From: Neocallimastix sp. 'constans'
Taxonomy: Eukaryota
NCBI GenBank assembly: GCA_050613775.1
Contig: JBODTK010000011.1
Coordinates: 372,001-436,000, forward strand
Length of the DNA stretch: 64,000 nt
Reading direction: 5' to 3'
The notes beneath the pieces are model-generated. The model saw nothing but the letters and a program-made list of their open reading frames with translations. It was not told the origin of the DNA and made no database searches. This document shows positions 12,244 to 26,943 of the stretch, piece after piece (position 1 is the first letter of the stretch; each line of letters begins with the position of its first letter). Made by a program: the position numbers and the translations under genes.

Positions 12244-12400
12244 TATATTCTTATATTTATACACATTCTTATATTGATATATATTCTTATATTTATACAT
12301 ATTCTTATATTTATACATATTCTTATATTGATATATATTCTTATATTGATATATATTCTTATATTGACATATATTCTTATATTGATATATATATATTCTT
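12244..12400. repeat. 18-bp minisatellite (ATATTCTTATATT[G/T]ATA..); explains ORFs 12213..12437 and 12237..12440
   Basis: About 8 tandem units read directly. Confidence 0.85.
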
Positions 12401-13295
12401 GTATATCTTTTTTTTTTTGTTTATTTTTAATTATTAACAATAATTAATAGCATTAACTCCATAAAATTAGTAATGTATATAAATGTATATACATACATGC
12501 ATACATGCATAAAAAAATTTTACTATAATTAAAACTTTATTTAGGCATCAATTTACTATATAAAAAAAAAAAAAACACGCCATTTTTTTTTTATATTTAA
12601 TATTACCAAATAATTTAAATAACAAATAATTAAATAGTTAAATAATTAAATAGTTGAATAATTAAATAGTTAAATAATTAAATGGTTGAATAGTTTAAAT
12701 AGTTAAATAGTATTTATAAAAGCTATATTTCATTAAATATTTAGGCATAATGCATAATGTAGATAGATATGCCTTATTAATAATTAGAGATAAGAGTTTT
12801 AATCTTTCATTCACTTCACTGATTAATATTAATATTAGTAATAATTCAATTTAGGATTATTAATAATAAATGAATTATTAATAATAATAGTATAAAAAAA
12901 AATAATCATTTTAATTATTATTAATAATTAGATAATAAATCTATTATTATTATTATTATTATGTATTATTATTAATAAAAAGTATTGTTTTAGTCATTAT
13001 TAATAATTCATTAGTAATCATTGAATAATTAATAATAAATATTCATTTATTAACTATTAACTATTTATTTATTTATTTATTCATTTATTTATTTATAAAA
13101 ATTTTTTAATTAAAAATTTTATATACTAAAAAAAATTAAATGTATTTCAAGGATTATATATGAAATCAATTGATTTTAATATATTCTAATATATGTTAAT
13201 AAATTAGCATGATTTGTACATTCAATAAAAAACATTTATATCTACGTATACATATATACATAAATATTAATAAAATATATATTTAACACTTTTAC

Positions 13296-13875
<580 letters not shown>

Positions 13876-14242
13876 TATTATATAAATTTTTATATTTTTA
13901 TTATATAATAATAATCATTATATAAATTGTTATTATATTGATTTTTTTTTTATTTGTTAATTTCATACAAATCACAAAAAAGTAAAAATAAAAATAAAAA
14001 TAAAATTTTTTAAATTTTTTTTAATGAATTTTTTTTTTTAATGGATTTTCCGCTAAATTAAATTAAAAAATGGATAAATTAAATTAAAAAAAAAAAAAAA
14101 AGTTTATTAATTATTAATTCATAAAAAATAAATAAATAAATAAATAAATAAATAGAAAATTTTTTCTTTTTTTTTTTTTTTTTTTTTTTTTTTCTTTAAA
14201 TCTTTTTTTTCACTAAATAAAAAAAAAAAAAAAAAAGGAAAA

Positions 14243-15010
14243 ATGAATCCAGTTATCGAATCTCTTTTAAAGCATCAATCTATTCGTAAGTATAAGAATC
14301 AACCTCTTGAACAAGAGAAGTTAGATCTTATTATGAAGAGTATTCAAGCTGCTCCAAATTGGTGTAATGGTCAACATGTTTCTGTCATTGTAGTTAAGGA
14401 TCAAACCACAAAAAATAAACTTGCTGAAATAAGTTTTAATCAACCATATATTGCTTCTTGTTCTGCATTTTTAGTATTTTGTGCTGATTTCTATCGTACT
14501 AATCTTATTTTTGAAAAGTATGGTGATAAGGGAGGAGATAATTTCGTTAAAAGTTTAGATAATTTATTTGTTGGTAGTCATGAATGCGGTATTGCTATGG
14601 AAAATGCCATTGTTGCCGCTGAATCTATGGGTCTTGGTACTGTCTGTATTGGTGCTATTCGTTTGAACTCTCTTGAAGTTGTAAAGATCTTAAACTTACC
14701 AAAGTATGTTCTTCCAATGATTGGTTTATGTGTTGGTTATCCAGATGATAACCCAGGTCTTAAGCCAAGATTACCAGCTAACACTGTCTTCTTTGATGAA
14801 AAGTATGATACCACTGATCTCTTGGAAAAAATTGAAAATCATGATAAAGAATATAAGGAATACTTAGCAAAAAGAGGTTCTAATGAACGTGATAGTAACT
14901 GGTCAAAGAGTATTTACTCTGTGTATTCCCAAATGGGAGATATATATGCTCAAGATTATGAATTAGTGAAACAACAAGGATTCGTTCCAGTCCAAAAAGT
15001 AACTAAATAA
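14243..15010 (+). CDS. Nitroreductase / NADPH-dependent FMN reductase, NfsA/FRP family (copy 1)
   Basis: Intronless 255 aa. Motifs HQSIRKY, QAAP, FLVFCADF, GIAMENAIVAAESMGLGTVCIGAIR, LNLPKYVLPMIGLCVGYP and KPRLP, plus the NfsA-type C-terminal extension (R..NWS). Confidence 0.93.
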   Translation: MNPVIESLLKHQSIRKYKNQPLEQEKLDLIMKSIQAAPNWCNGQHVSVIVVKDQTTKNKLAEISFNQPYIASCSAFLVFCADFYRTNLIFEKYGDKGGDNFVKSLDNLFVGSHECGIAMENAIVAAESMGLGTVCIGAIRLNSLEVVKILNLPKYVLPMIGLCVGYPDDNPGLKPRLPANTVFFDEKYDTTDLLEKIENHDKEYKEYLAKRGSNERDSNWSKSIYSVYSQMGDIYAQDYELVKQQGFVPVQKVTK

Positions 15011-15869
15011 TTGAAATAATATATTAAGAGGAAAAAGAAAAATATCAAAAAAAAAAAAATAACTAAATAAATGTACTAAATAGTTTTTTTTTTTTTTTTT
15101 CCCGAAAGTAGATAAAATAATAAAAAAAAAAAATGAATATAATAAAAATGAAACAAGAATTAAATATTGTAGCAAATAAATGCTTAAAAAAAAAAATAAA
15201 ACAAAGAAAATAAAATTAAATGTTTAAATATAAATAAAAAAAAACAAATATAATAATAAAATTAAAAGCAAACATAAAAAAAAAAAAAAAAGTTTAATGA
15301 AGCGTATAATAACATATATATATATATATATTTATTTATTTTTTTTATAAAAAAGTTGTTTTAAAGAAAATTTTATTGTTTTGTAAGCAATTTATTTCAT
15401 TTGTTATTAAAGTTTTTTATTTAGTTTTTTTTTATTTAATTTTATTTGATGAGAACTTTATTTTAATAATAAATAATTATTATTATTTTTTTAATAGAAT
15501 ATGAACATAACTAGTAAGTTATTATTTAGAAAAAATAAATTGATAGTTTATATAATTAAAACATATCTATTAAAAATTAAAAGGTCAATAGTATTTAATT
15601 AATATTAATAGGAACAAATAAATAATAATATTATCCACAGTTGAAATTCTACTTTGGTAAAATAAAAGAGATTTAGTATGATTAAAATATAATAATGAAA
15701 GATTATTGCTTTTTTTTTTTTTTTTTTTTTTTTCTCTTGTTATTTATATACTTAATAGTTAATATCATTTGTAATATAAAACATAAAATATTTTCTTATT
15801 TAAAGAATATTTAATAATTTAAAGAGAAAAAAATAGATTTATATATCTAGTTTATTCTTTTCTAAAAAA

Positions 15870-15901
<32 letters not shown>

Positions 15902-17467
15902 ATAAGATATGTATCATAAGCAAAGACAGTTTTAATAGTTATCAAATATTGACTCTTCAATAATAAAATAATAAATTTAAAAAGTTTGAAAAAATTATAT
16001 ATAAAAAAAATAAGATTTTTTTTTTTTTTTTTTTAATTTAAAATAAAATTTAATATAATACTTGGTCCGCTTAAATCCGCTATATAAGTATTCTATACAA
16101 TAATATTATTTAATTATTATTTAATTATTATTATTTAATTATTATTTAATTATTATTTAATTATTATTCAATTATTCAATTATTATTCAATTATTCTATT
16201 ATTTAATTATTAATTGAAATTAATATAAAACTTTTTTTTTTTATTTTATTTCATAAAAATAAAAATAGTTATTAAAATTTTAATTATTAAAATTAAATCA
16301 TTATACTGGTAATAATAAATACAATTGTAGAAAGTAAATAGAAAGCCAAAGTTTTACACTTTCTACCTGCTTTATAGCCATTGATATAAATCAAATTTAT
16401 TTATTTTTAAGCATCCTATAACTTTAACCAAATAGCTTCCATTTAATCTATATAAATTTGGACTTTTATCATCTATTAATATGTAATTATTAAAAAAAAA
16501 AATTTTTATATTATATTATATTATATTTTATATATAATAAAATAAATCATAAAATAATAAAATATATATATTCTTTAAATATATTAATTTATAATATATG
16601 TATGTATATTATAATTGTATATTATAATATATCATGCATCATTTATTTTAAAAAAAAAATTAAATTGATGATTACTAATTTATGATAAAGATTAATAAAA
16701 ACCTTATAAATAAATAAATAAATAATTAAATAATAGATAAATAAATAATTAAATAATATAAAAAGTATTTAGTAATAAATAATAAATAATTGAATAATAA
16801 ATAATAAATAATACATAATACATAATAAATAATAAATAATTGAATAAATTGTATAATTAAATAATAATAAATAAATAAATAATAAATAATAAATAAATAA
16901 ATAATAAATAATAAATAATATATAATAAATAATTAAATAATAAATAAATAAATAAATAATAAATAATAAATAAATAATAAATAATAAATAAAATATAAAT
17001 AATTAATTAATTAATTAATAAATAAATAAATAATTAATTAAATAAATAAATAATAAATAAATATTAATAATTGTAATTAATAATTTTTAACATAAAAAAA
17101 TGAATTCTTACATTGATTAGATCATGTGATTATTATTAAATATATTAAATATTTTTTTTTTTTTAATTGTTTAATTAATAATTTTTTAATTCAATTCATT
17201 AGTAATAAAATTAATTAAAACTTAGGCGTAAAGGAATATCATAGAAATATTTATAAAATTGTATCATTTAAAGTTATTATTATTATATATTAGTATAGAA
17301 TAGTATAAATAGATAAATTTATCTCCAATTAATATCTTATTCAAATTATTATTTTATATTAAAAAAATAGAATATAAAATTAAAAAAATATATAATAAAA
17401 TTATATAATAGAGAAAAAGCAAACAAACAAAAAAAAAAAAAAAATACTATCAGAAATTGTTTACAAT

Positions 17468-18226
17468 ATGAATCCAGTACTTGAATCACTTTTTAAACAT
17501 CAATCTATTCGTAGATATAAGAATCAACCACTTGAACAAGAAAAGTTAGAACTTATCATAAAGGCTGCACAGGCTGCTCCAAGTTGGTGTAACGGACAAA
17601 ATGTATCTATTGTTGCTGTAAAGGATCAAGATCGTAAAAATAGACTTCAAAAATGTTGTTATGATCAACCTTATGTTGGAGGTTGTTCTGTATTTTTAGT
17701 TTTTTGTGCTGATTATTATCGTACTCACCTTGTTTTTGAAAAATTTGGTGAAAAAAAACGTGGAGAAGATTATATTAAAGAATTAGATACTCTTGTCATC
17801 GCTTCACATGATGCCGGTATCGCCATGCAAAATGCCTTGGTGGCTGCAGAATCCATGGGTCTTGGTACCGTTCCTATCGGTGGTATTCGTATTAATTCTC
17901 TTGAAGTAGTGAAGGAATTAAACCTTCCAAAATATGTTATTCCAATTGTTGGTTTATGTGTGGGTTATCCAGATGATAATCCAGGTCTTAAGCCAAGATT
18001 ACCAATGAAGGCTGTCTATTTTGAAGAAAATTACGATACCAGTAGGGTGGAGGAGGCCATCCAAGACTATGATAAAACTTATCAAAAATACCTTTCAGAA
18101 CGTTCTTCCAATTTCCGTGATGGTAACTGGTCTAAATCAGTTTATGGAGCCTTCACTCAAGATATTCCAAATCAAGATTATGAATTATTAAAACAACAAG
18201 GTTTCATTGAAATTGAAAAGAAATAG
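17468..18226 (+). CDS. Nitroreductase / NADPH-dependent FMN reductase, NfsA/FRP family (copy 2, tandem paralog)
   Basis: Intronless 252 aa with the same motifs (HQSIRRY, DAGIAMQNALVAAESMGLG, GYP, KPRLP); colinear with copy 1. Confidence 0.93.
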   Translation: MNPVLESLFKHQSIRRYKNQPLEQEKLELIIKAAQAAPSWCNGQNVSIVAVKDQDRKNRLQKCCYDQPYVGGCSVFLVFCADYYRTHLVFEKFGEKKRGEDYIKELDTLVIASHDAGIAMQNALVAAESMGLGTVPIGGIRINSLEVVKELNLPKYVIPIVGLCVGYPDDNPGLKPRLPMKAVYFEENYDTSRVEEAIQDYDKTYQKYLSERSSNFRDGNWSKSVYGAFTQDIPNQDYELLKQQGFIEIEKK

Positions 18227-18275
18227 AACATAAAAAAAAAAAAGTTAATAAAAATAATAAAAAAAAAATAGAAAA

Positions 18276-18306
<31 letters not shown>

Positions 18307-19149
18307 ACAAATATATATATATATATTTTTAAAATAAAAATAAAACAATATATTATTTATGTAATTTTTTTTGTTTTAATGAAAAAAACTAGAGGAATAA
18401 ATTAAAAGTAAACAATAAAAAAATAAAAATTAAATCTAAGAGATATCTAGATTATATATAGATTATAGATTATATATGTAAAATAAAACTGTTTTAATAT
18501 ATAAAAATAATAATATGAATTCAAATGAATTTTATTATTATTATTATTATTATTTTCAATAGATAGGCGTATATTGTAATTCATATATATATATATTCAA
18601 AAAAATTGTTTTTCATTACTTTTTTTTTTTTTTTTTTTTTATTGTTATAGGTCTATTTTTTAATTATTTTAAACTTTATTTTAAATTATATTCAGAAAAT
18701 AGTAGATAAGTAATAATTAATAGAGAAATTATTTCTTTTTTAATGCGAGGTATTGATTATTATTATTATTACTGTATTTATTATAGCTCTGTATGAATCA
18801 CGTATTTAGATTATTACACTAGATAACATTTCATTATTTATATTAAGGTATTATTACATTAATTTATTTAATATTAAAGAAATAGTTAATATTATAGAGA
18901 AAAATATTAAAGAATTTAATATTGGGAATAATTTTTTACGAATTTACAAAAATGTTGAGTCGCATATTTCTTTACATATTATATTTTTTAATATCTTCTA
19001 TAGATATTTTTTTAAATAAAAAAAAATTTATTAATAATTACATTTTAATTTATTTCAAAATAATAAATAATTATATTATTAATAATAATTGTATTTGGTA
19101 CAACTGTAGTTACTTGTAACGAATATTATTTATCAAAGTTATCAATTAA

Positions 19150-19196
<47 letters not shown>

Positions 19197-19199
19197 ATT

Positions 19200-19337
19200 A
19201 ATATCTTTTAAATTTTTATAATATACTTTTTGATATTGAATATCTTTTAAATTTTTATAATATACTTTTTTTGATATTGAATATCTTTTAAATTTTTATA
19301 ATATATTTTTTGATATTGAATATCTTTTAAATTTTTA
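19200..19337. repeat. Tandem repeat of about 38 bp, 3-4 units
   Basis: ATATCTTTTAAATTTTTATAATATACTTTTTGATATTGA repeated. Confidence 0.8.
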
Positions 19338-19954
19338 GTTTTTCCAGGTCCATGGAGGGTTGATGGAAAAGGAATAACTTATATCAGGTGTACTAATTAC
19401 AGCTTTCTGTGATTCTGATGATAATCGATGGTTATCCTTTCTAAAGTGGCTTCGAGTACGAAGAGAGAAATTTGGAATACAGAAAGACTGTAGAAAGTGA
19501 ACTTGATGTTTTATATTGTTTTAAACTGGATATGTAGTAACATTGGAGTTTTATAGTTAATTATATCATGTAGTTTCTAAATATTATCATTGTAATGAAT
19601 CTATTGTATTTTTTTTTTTTTTTACTTTAGCATTATTTTATATATGTATTTTTCTATAGTATTATTTAAACTCTCATATAGCTATTGTAAAATGGAAAAT
19701 GTAGGAGATTGATTCTCTCCAAAGCTTGTGTTTAAGATATTTTTTAACTGATAGGAATCTTTTTATAGTCTTTCACTACTAACATTATTTACATTTTCAT
19801 TTCAGTTTATTTATGATTACATTAGGGAAAATTATTTTATTTATCAATCAAAGCTTTACAAATCAAATAGAATTTCAGAAACTAAAAAATTAACAGAAAA
19901 TACATAGCAGAAAATAAAATAAAATAAAATAAAATAAAAAAAAAAAAAAAAAAA

Positions 19955-20145
19955 AAAAAAGAGTATATTCATTACTAAAATAACAGGAAAAAAGATATTA
20001 TTCATTACTAAAAAAAAAAAGAGTATATTCATTACTAAAATAACAGGAAAAAAGATATTATTCATTACTTAAAAAAAAAAAAAAATAAAAAAATAAAAAA
20101 AAAAAAAAAAAAAAAAAAACAGGAAAAAAGATATTATTCATTACT
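19955..20145. repeat. Tandem repeat of about 60 bp (GAGTATATTCATTACTAAAATAACAGGAAAAAGATATTATTCATTACT)
   Basis: Two full and one partial unit separated by A-runs. Confidence 0.8.
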
Positions 20146-20149
20146 ACAA

Positions 20150-22845
20150 AATTCTTAAGTTGTAAATTGTTCATTTTATTTAAACTTAATCGATTACTCC
20201 ACGAAGATAGGATCTTCACATTTTTATTATTATTTTATTATTTTATTTTTTTTTTATTTATATTTTTCTTTTTAATTATATTTATTTATATATATATTTT
20301 TTTATCTATATTTCTTAGTTTTTAGTATTTTAGTTTTTTTTTTTTGTTTCATTTTTTTTTTTTAAATTGTAGTTTTTAGTTCATTATGGAAAAGATATTT
20401 CACCGGGGTACTCACTGCTATGGAACATCTATTGACAACACAGGGTTAATTTTTATCCGTGGTATACACTCATGGACTTATGCTAAAATGAAGGAATTTA
20501 TTCATTCTAAATGCAAAAAAATTCAATGATAATATTTTGTCAGTAAAAAAAAAGAATTACTAAATTCAATGATAGCTTCTTCAGGATAAAAGTATACCCT
20601 CCAAATTTCAACCATGAAAAATTTAAAAAAAGTATTTGAAAATGCACTTTCAGGAGTTAAAATTTCATATCGTAGATGTTCCAAATGGAAATCATAAGGT
20701 TTCTTTTCGGCATTTAAAACAAAATTTAATATCTAATAACACATCCAATGATATTAACACAATAAACCTCAGTTCAACGAGTTTAGTAAATGTTATTAAT
20801 GACACTCATGAACTCATTGCTCCCAATATTCCTTAATCTTAATTCTCAAAATCCATTTTCACATTCTAACACAGGAAAGTTTTCTTTTTGTCTAAGTTGA
20901 AATACCAAACGGATGGAATTTTGTGAAAAGAGATAGTATTGAGTACTTCAACACAATATTTAAACCATTATTTCTATGTTTTCAGGAGACAGGTAATGGT
21001 ACCAATGAGGCTAGAAATCCATGTAAAGTAACACTTCCCAACTATAAATATTTCCTGAAAAGAATGGATCCTACTACTCCAGGTTGCAGAGGTTTATATC
21101 TTGGTTATCATGTCTCATGTCAAAGCAGTACTTAAAGATAATTCCTATACTTATCTTGTTTCTTTAACAACCTATAATCTCTGGAATCACTCTAAATATT
21201 CTGTTGGTAATGTCTATATTTCCCACTAAGAAAACACTCATTACAAGTCCGATATGCATTTTCAGAAGTTTTCACATGGCTTCAGAATCACACTAATCAT
21301 CCATCTCTTCTTCTTGGAGACTTTAACATGAGTACCTCTGATTTACAAGATAAATTATCCAATAGTAACCTTGATAACTGGATTATTCTTCCGATTAATG
21401 GTTCACCTATTTCATGGACAAGAGGTAGATATTCATCAGATATTGATCATGCGTTAGTCAATTCAATTCAAGTATACTGGATAAAATATCAAGTGCTTCT
21501 TTTATTTGATTATCCTTCTGTATCTAATAATAAACCTCTCATAATTTATTGTAAGAAAATTACCACAGATGAATCATTTTTGTTACCAAAAAAAAAAAAA
21601 ATTTGTAAGATGGGATTGGTATTAATGTTTTGAACAAAAGAAAGAAATATGTCATCACAATAAATTTGAAATTCTTAGTGAAGAAATAGGAAATGAAGAA
21701 CTTTCAATAGGTTGTGTTATTGAAAAAGTTTATTAACACTACTAATTCCATTGCTAAGGATTTATCGATTACATCTTCAACAGAAATCAGAAAAACGATA
21801 TATAGAATGTCACGAAAAATTATATTGTCTTCAAAAGATAAAGCAAATTAAATACAAACAAATTAAGCGTTATGTTTCTGCAAATGATTCCAATGAATTT
21901 GCTAAAATAGTTGACTCGTATTATAGACTTTGTGAATCAATTCATAAAAAATGTAACGAATTTAGGAAAAAAAAGAATATTTATATTGGATTAAAACTGG
22001 ATGTTCGTTAGCTCTTAAAAAAGGATAGTAGGAAAGCATAGAAATGGGTTAGAAAGAATGCAAAAAAAAATAAATAATCAATCTTTCACAGTCTCTCATC
22101 CTATTAAAAATTATAATAATGAAACTTGATTTCTTCTACACATAAAAAATTAAAAGTTTGGCATTCTCATTATAAATTCCTAGGGTCGGATTCTTCAGGT
22201 CATAGTCTTTCTAAAGATTACTGAAAAGATTCTGATGAACTAAGGAATTTGGGAAGACCAAGGTAACAAGAATGGGATATTAACCAAGGTATTTGCGATG
22301 AAGAAATTTTGCAACGCAATCTCCTCCACTCCTAACTTTAAAGCTTGTGGTTCCTGATGGTATTCCAATGGAATTCTTCATAAGCTTTGATTCCTTATAA
22401 AGATGATTCAGAAGGATCAAGTGATAATAATAGTAATAAATAGTAATATTTCATCTGGCTTTAAATGTCTTAAAGCCTTAATCAGTCGTATTTGGAATGG
22501 TGATTTCCCAAAATTATGGAATAACGCATCAATAGTTTCTATTTATAAAAAGGGCGATCCATCAGATTGTAATAACTATCGTGGCATCTCTCTTATCAAT
22601 AATGGATTAAAAATTATAGCAAAAAAAAATAATAGCTTATAGAATCTCTAAATATGGAATTGATGAAGGTTTTATAAGACCTGAACAATATGGATTTCGT
22701 AATTGAGAGGAACGTATAAGTCTTTACACTCCATTAAGAATTATATGTCAGAGAAGGAAATTTGAAAATAAGAATACTTAACCTTGCTTTTTTGGACCTT
22801 AAAAAAAGTGTATGACTCAGTGCCCATATATAATGTATTAATGGC
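20150..22845 (+). mobile_element. Degenerate non-LTR (LINE) retrotransposon: ORF1-like region, AP endonuclease, N-terminal RT; 3' truncated
   Basis: APE motifs FLCFQET, LLGDFN and SDIDHAL. RT motifs KACG.PDGIP, WNNASIVSIYKKGDPSDCNNYRGISLIN, QYGFR and FLDLKKVYDSV. Many stops and frameshifts; boundaries approximate. Confidence 0.88.
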
Positions 22846-22881
22846 AAAGATTATGAAATTACAAATATAATTAAGAATTTA

Positions 22882-22922
<41 letters not shown>

Positions 22923-23750
22923 AATATACTATTTCAAAAGAATCTGATGCCAGAAAAATTATTGGAATAAATATTTATAAAAACTAAGAATGGTTACAAA
23001 ATAAATCAAGAAGATTATTATAAATAAAATTATTAAGAATTATAAAATGAATAAAACTTAAATTATAAAATATATTTGAAGAAAAAATATCAAATAATGG
23101 AAGAAAAAAAAAAAAATGCAAAAACCAGTAGATGTTGGAAAAATACAAGTCATTACAAGGTTCACTATTATATATTGCAATAAAATCTAGACCAGGACAT
23201 TACACCTATGCGGTCAATCAAGCATCAAGAAACTGTGAAAATCCAATAACAATAGACTATATAGCATTATTAATGATATTACATTTTATTTAAAATCTAC
23301 AATAAATAAATCAAAACAATATATAATAATGGAAAATATATTTAAGTAGGATTTTTCAGATGTTGATTAGGCTAATGATGATGCTACTAGAAGATCTGTA
23401 AATGGATATATATATTCTAACTAAGGTAATATGTCCAATTTCATGGAAATCTCAAATTCAAAGAAATTTTTACATTATCAACAGCAGAAGCTGAATTTGG
23501 AAACCTTTTATTGAATGTGCAAAAGCAAGGAATATAGTTAAAAAAAAAAAAAAAAAAAAAACTTTTATTCGAAGAAATTACTAATAAACATAATTTTAAT
23601 AAAAATAAAAATAGATAATAATATAGCCTATATAGCAATAGCTGAGGATGAAAATGCAATAGGAAAGATGTAAATATATTGATACAAAATATAAGTTTAT
23701 ATTCAAGAAAAAAATAAAAGAAAAAAAAAATATAAAATTAGAATATGCTA
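22846..23750 (+). mobile_element. Ty1/copia RT C-terminus and RNase H remnant
   Basis: Fragments SRPGHYT (degenerate TRPDI), SDVD*ANDDATRRSVNGYI, ISWKSQIQRNFTLSTAEAEF and KYIDTKYKF match copia RT/RNase H motifs. Confidence 0.8.
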
Positions 23751-23897
23751 GAGCAATTTTTTTCTTATATATATAGAATATAAAATGTAAATTATAAATA
23801 TAAATAATAAAACTTTAATAAAAGACATAATGTAAAAGAAATGTTAAAATATAGTAAATAAGATTATTTATATTTATATTATGCTTTATTATAAATA

Positions 23898-24008
23898 AAA
23901 TTAATATAAAATAACATGTAAAAATTATTTAAAATTAATATAAAATAACATGTAAAAATTATTATTTAAAATTAATATAAAAAATAACATGTAAAAATTA
24001 TTATTTAA
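23898..24008. repeat. Tandem repeat of about 35 bp, 3 units
   Basis: AAATTAATATAAAATAACATGTAAAAATTATT repeated. Confidence 0.8.
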
Positions 24009-24123
24009 AAAAAAAAAATAATAATTCATATATAATATAAAATAATTAATCTGAGCTTCACGCTTTAACAATTAATTATTCTTTTTAATCTTAAATAATT
24101 ACTTAAAAGTTTTTAATTTTTTT

Positions 24124-24158
<35 letters not shown>

Positions 24159-24332
24159 TTATCTGTTAAGTAAGCTAATTAGCTTGCTTAGAAAAATTAC
24201 TTTATTATTAGGTTTAACATAGAGTACTACTCATCGATATTTCAAGATCGTGATAGATTTAAATATTTATTTTTTTTTTATATTATTTTATTTAAATTAA
24301 ATTATAATAATAATATATATATGTATATTTTT

Positions 24333-24381
<49 letters not shown>

Positions 24382-24687
24382 GTATATATATAAATATATA
24401 TTTATATAAAATACATATTTTATTTGTATTTAAAATTATATTTATTATAATTAATACAAATAAATTATTATTATTAAAACTGCTAATTATTTGAATTTGG
24501 ATTTGAATAAAAAAAAGTTGTATGAAAAATAAAAATAAAAAAAAAAATAAAAATAAAAATAATTAAAATAAATAAAAAATAAAAAATTTTTATTAAATAT
24601 ATTGGTAATAATTATAAAAAATATAAAGCAATATAAACATAGAAACTGTCATTAAATTGAATTAATATTATAATAATAATGATAAGG

Positions 24688-24718
<31 letters not shown>

Positions 24719-24872
24719 ATCCTAAAAATAATAATTATAAATATAATTAGATACTTTAATATTAAATAAATAAATATATATATATTTATATGTATATTTT
24801 ATTTTTTTTTTTTTTTTTTTTTCTATTTTCTATTAATTATTAATTAGCTTAATTTAGATTTATAATAATATA

Positions 24873-24934
24873 TTATTCATCAGTTTGAGTGGTTTCCAAG
24901 AAACTATTTAATATGTAAAAATTATAAATAAAAA

Positions 24935-24965
<31 letters not shown>

Positions 24966-26905
24966 TATTAATTTTTATTAGTTTTGCTGATTTTCTTAAA
25001 GTCTATTTTTTTTTTTTTTTTTTTTTAATTTTTTTATTTATTATCTTTATGTTTTTATCAATAATTAATAAAAATATATATAATTTAATGATAAATTAAT
25101 TACCTTCTAAATTTTTCATTTTTATTTATTATTTTTTGTGGAATTAAAAATACAAAAGACACAATAGATTCCATTTCTTTTATACTATCGTTAAATATCC
25201 GATTTAAGACAAATATATCAATAATTAATAATGCCAAAATTCCAAAAATTACCAAATAGATAATTAGTTCAATTTGATTATTTAAAATTATATTGGAATA
25301 ACTAGTTAAATTGTCATGAAGAACTAGAAAATCTCCAACAATATTATTGATTAATTTTTCTTGAAGTCTGAAAAACTTGTCATTTAATACCTGTCTAAAC
25401 AATATTTCTATATTTTCTTTGGATGTAAATGGTAATTGAATGAATTCTCCATTATTAGCGTCAATAATAAAATTTTCCAAATGATATAAATATTCACTTA
25501 TTAATTGATCTAGTGGAAGGGTTGCAGCTTCTTCCGTAAAACCTTTAAATATTGTAAAATATATAAATACATATGTTTTTTATTATTTATTTAGTAAATA
25601 TTAAAAAAATATTACAATTTAATTAGTTTATTATAATATTTTTTTCCTTATTTTTATTTTTTATTTTTATATTACCATAACTAATATCATAGAACATAAA
25701 ATTACAAGATGGATCATAATACATTCTATGACATCCATTTTCTTTTGTAATGAAATCTAATGATGGATATTTATTAAATGTAGGTCCTCCATACGATCCC
25801 GATTTTAATTCATTCTGAATAGTCTAATGTCATAAAAAAAAAATAAAATAAAATAAAATATAAATATAATATTAATTTTTTAAAATAATATATATTATAT
25901 ATTTAAATAATAATAATAATAATAATAACAAAAAAACAACAACAACAATAATAATAATATAAACCTTGATTCTATTAATATAATCATTTAAAATTCTTTG
26001 TGGTTCATTCTCTACAAATATCGATCGATCTTGATAAATTACTTCATAAGTATATAATTGAATTCCTTTAATCAATGCAAATCTATCAGACTTTTTTAAG
26101 GTTTTAATAAAAAAAAATTAAAATTAAAATAAAAATAAAATAAAATAAAAATAAAATAAAAATTAATAATAATAATAATAATAATAACACCAACAATACT
26201 TATAATAATAGTTAATAGGTAAAATTATTAATTATAAAATATATATATATATATAAACATATATATTTTTTAAAAAATTATATTTAAAAATATTTATATT
26301 TTTACCGATTTATCAACAATTTTTAATAAATCTGAAATTTCTTTAATGGAATTCTTTTATTAAATGTTAATTTCAATAATATAATTAATTATTTTAAATT
26401 TTATCAAGAAAAAAAAAAAAAAAAAAAAAAAAACGTTAATTTTAAATATAATATTAATTAGAGTTTTTAATTTATTTAAAAATACTTTACATATACTGGA
26501 ACGAAGAAAGCCACAATAATTATAAATATAATAATAAATGAAAATATTAATACTTTATCAATAATTCTTTTTTTATTTTTATTTCTTAAACTGTTATTAG
26601 TTATATCTTTATCAATTTCGAAATTTTCACAAAGGGTTTCAATTTTTTCTTCATAATTGGTAATGATATCTTCAAAATTATCTTATGTATGTATAATTCA
26701 TATAATATATATATATATATTTTTTTTAAAAAAAAAAAAATCCATTAATTCATTAATTATTAATAACTTTTTTTTTTATTTTATATTTAATTTTTTTTTT
26801 TTTTAAATAATTACAGTATATAATTTATTACCTTTTGATAAATATTTAAACATTTTAAATATATTAAAAGATGTTTTATTTATTGTTCTTTTGAGGGAAA
26901 CGAAA

Positions 26906-26943
<38 letters not shown>

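Noticed and set aside
19405..19475. Hammerhead ribozyme (CTGATGA followed by hairpin GATAATC/GGTTATC)
   Set aside because: No GAAA directly after the putative stem II, and no stems I/III or cleavage triplet could be built.
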